A stretch of DNA of 64,000 bases from assembly GCA_965649765.1 (NCBI GenBank), contig OZ287759.1, positions 30,256,001 through 30,320,000 of the forward strand, in the 5' to 3' direction. Position 1 is the stretch's first letter. Every line of letters begins with the position of its first letter. The position numbers and the translations under genes were made by a program. Shown here one piece after another: positions 62,801 through 64,000 of the stretch. Origin of the DNA: Bispira polyomma (Eukaryota). The notes under the pieces are model-generated. The model did no database searches and had not been told where the DNA came from. It was given only the letters and a program-made list of their open reading frames with translations.

Positions 62801-64000
62801 TCAAATGTTTCAATATCTTATATGGAAGGAACACATAAAATATGACAGAATATTTGAATTCAACGCTGAAAGCTCCATTAAAATAAATGGTCACAAGTAC
62901 AGGTTTTTTTACCATAACGATGAAGTACATACAGTCTTGAGTTGCTTGCAAATGTCACAAGCTTGAACAGTAGTTAATTAAGTAAGAACTTTGCCCCTGC
63001 GAGTAAAGTTTAAGTTCTAGCACTGTATCTAAAAAATCCAACTCAAACTCAGACCCATATGAAGACTATGTGGAAGTTTGTATGCAAAATAACCTGTATT
63101 TGCAAACATTCATTTTGGAAGAGCTGTCAATGCTGAATTTAAATTTTGTATTTTGCATTTATAATGCGCCTTATTGATGTCAGGTATTTTTAAAAGTGTA
63201 ACAACAGAATCAATTAACCATTAGAGAAGTCCCAAAAATATAGCCAGACCGTAAGGTCGGATGTCGGGGTGTACATGGAGTAACTAAGGGAAGTAAGCGA
63301 GTTTGAAGAGATAGGTTTTAAGTTTCTTCCTAAACCCAGAAAGTGTTTCTAGTGATCTGACCTCATATGGGCACAGCCTGAGCAAGCTCCAGATCCAGTC
63401 CTCTTGGTGGGTTAAACAAAGGAAACCAGAATGTATATAGATAAATATACAGTCAGATGGTATTGAGCTTTACCTTAGTCAGGTATATTTGGACTTCAGG
63501 CATAAGTTTGAGTCTAATCTCAGCTTGAAAATTTTGGTGAATACGGCCAGAGGTGTTTGCTGAGTGTTCACATTCATACCCCCCCTCCCCCCCCCAAAAA
63601 AAAAAAAAAAAGGGAAAACAAAAGAGAAAAAGAAGCAAAGAATGACAGTGGCCTGATGGTGTCATGCCATTACCTAAAGAAATTACAACTCTGTCACCTG
63701 GTTACATTAGTGATGTATATCAGTCTGAATCCAAGATTTATTACTTATTTGTGATGCTGCTAACACTGACCCCAGCAAGACAGTATTGCAGATCACAAAC
63801 ACATTGGTAAAGCTTGCCCAGAGGTTACCACTCAAGTGTGTTACAGAGTGAACAGATGTATTCATCCACAGGACATCTGCCAGAAACACTTGCATGAACA
63901 ATCCAGGCCTCTAATTCGACACAAAAGTAAGTACATAAGTCATAAACATTTTACTTTGTAATTTTCACACTGCACTTTCAGCTCAACTATAAAGTATCTA

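Larger units (their letters stand above)
47643..64000 (+). repeat. Segmental duplication, copy 2 (runs off the window)
   Basis: Collinear with 21120-35605, with its own insertions. Confidence 0.93.

Overview
AT-rich animal genomic DNA; the SINE families and receptor type suggest a marine invertebrate, possibly a mollusc. One host gene is recognisable: a minus-strand Cys-loop (nicotinic acetylcholine receptor-like) non-alpha subunit. Seven coding exons (21119 down to 9682) join in frame with GT-AG introns; the signal-peptide exon(s) could not be placed with certainty. The protein keeps a cation-type pore (GEK) but has lost most acetylcholine-binding residues. Two of its splice junctions have been amplified into minisatellites: a 51-bp in-frame loop-C/donor array and a 37-bp acceptor array. 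The region 5' of the coding exons (about 21.1-35.6 kb) is duplicated at 47.6-64 kb, with near-identical islands in otherwise diverged sequence. Between the copies lies a full-length Ngaro-like tyrosine-recombinase retrotransposon with split direct repeats. Its ATG-less recombinase frame can be joined in frame to gag by a predicted 3.09-kb intron, and its 3' spacer is strongly structured. The rest is L2, L1/Tx1 and Penelope-like fragments, tRNA-derived SINEs, MITEs, tandem repeats and a 188-N gap. All alignments were made by eye.
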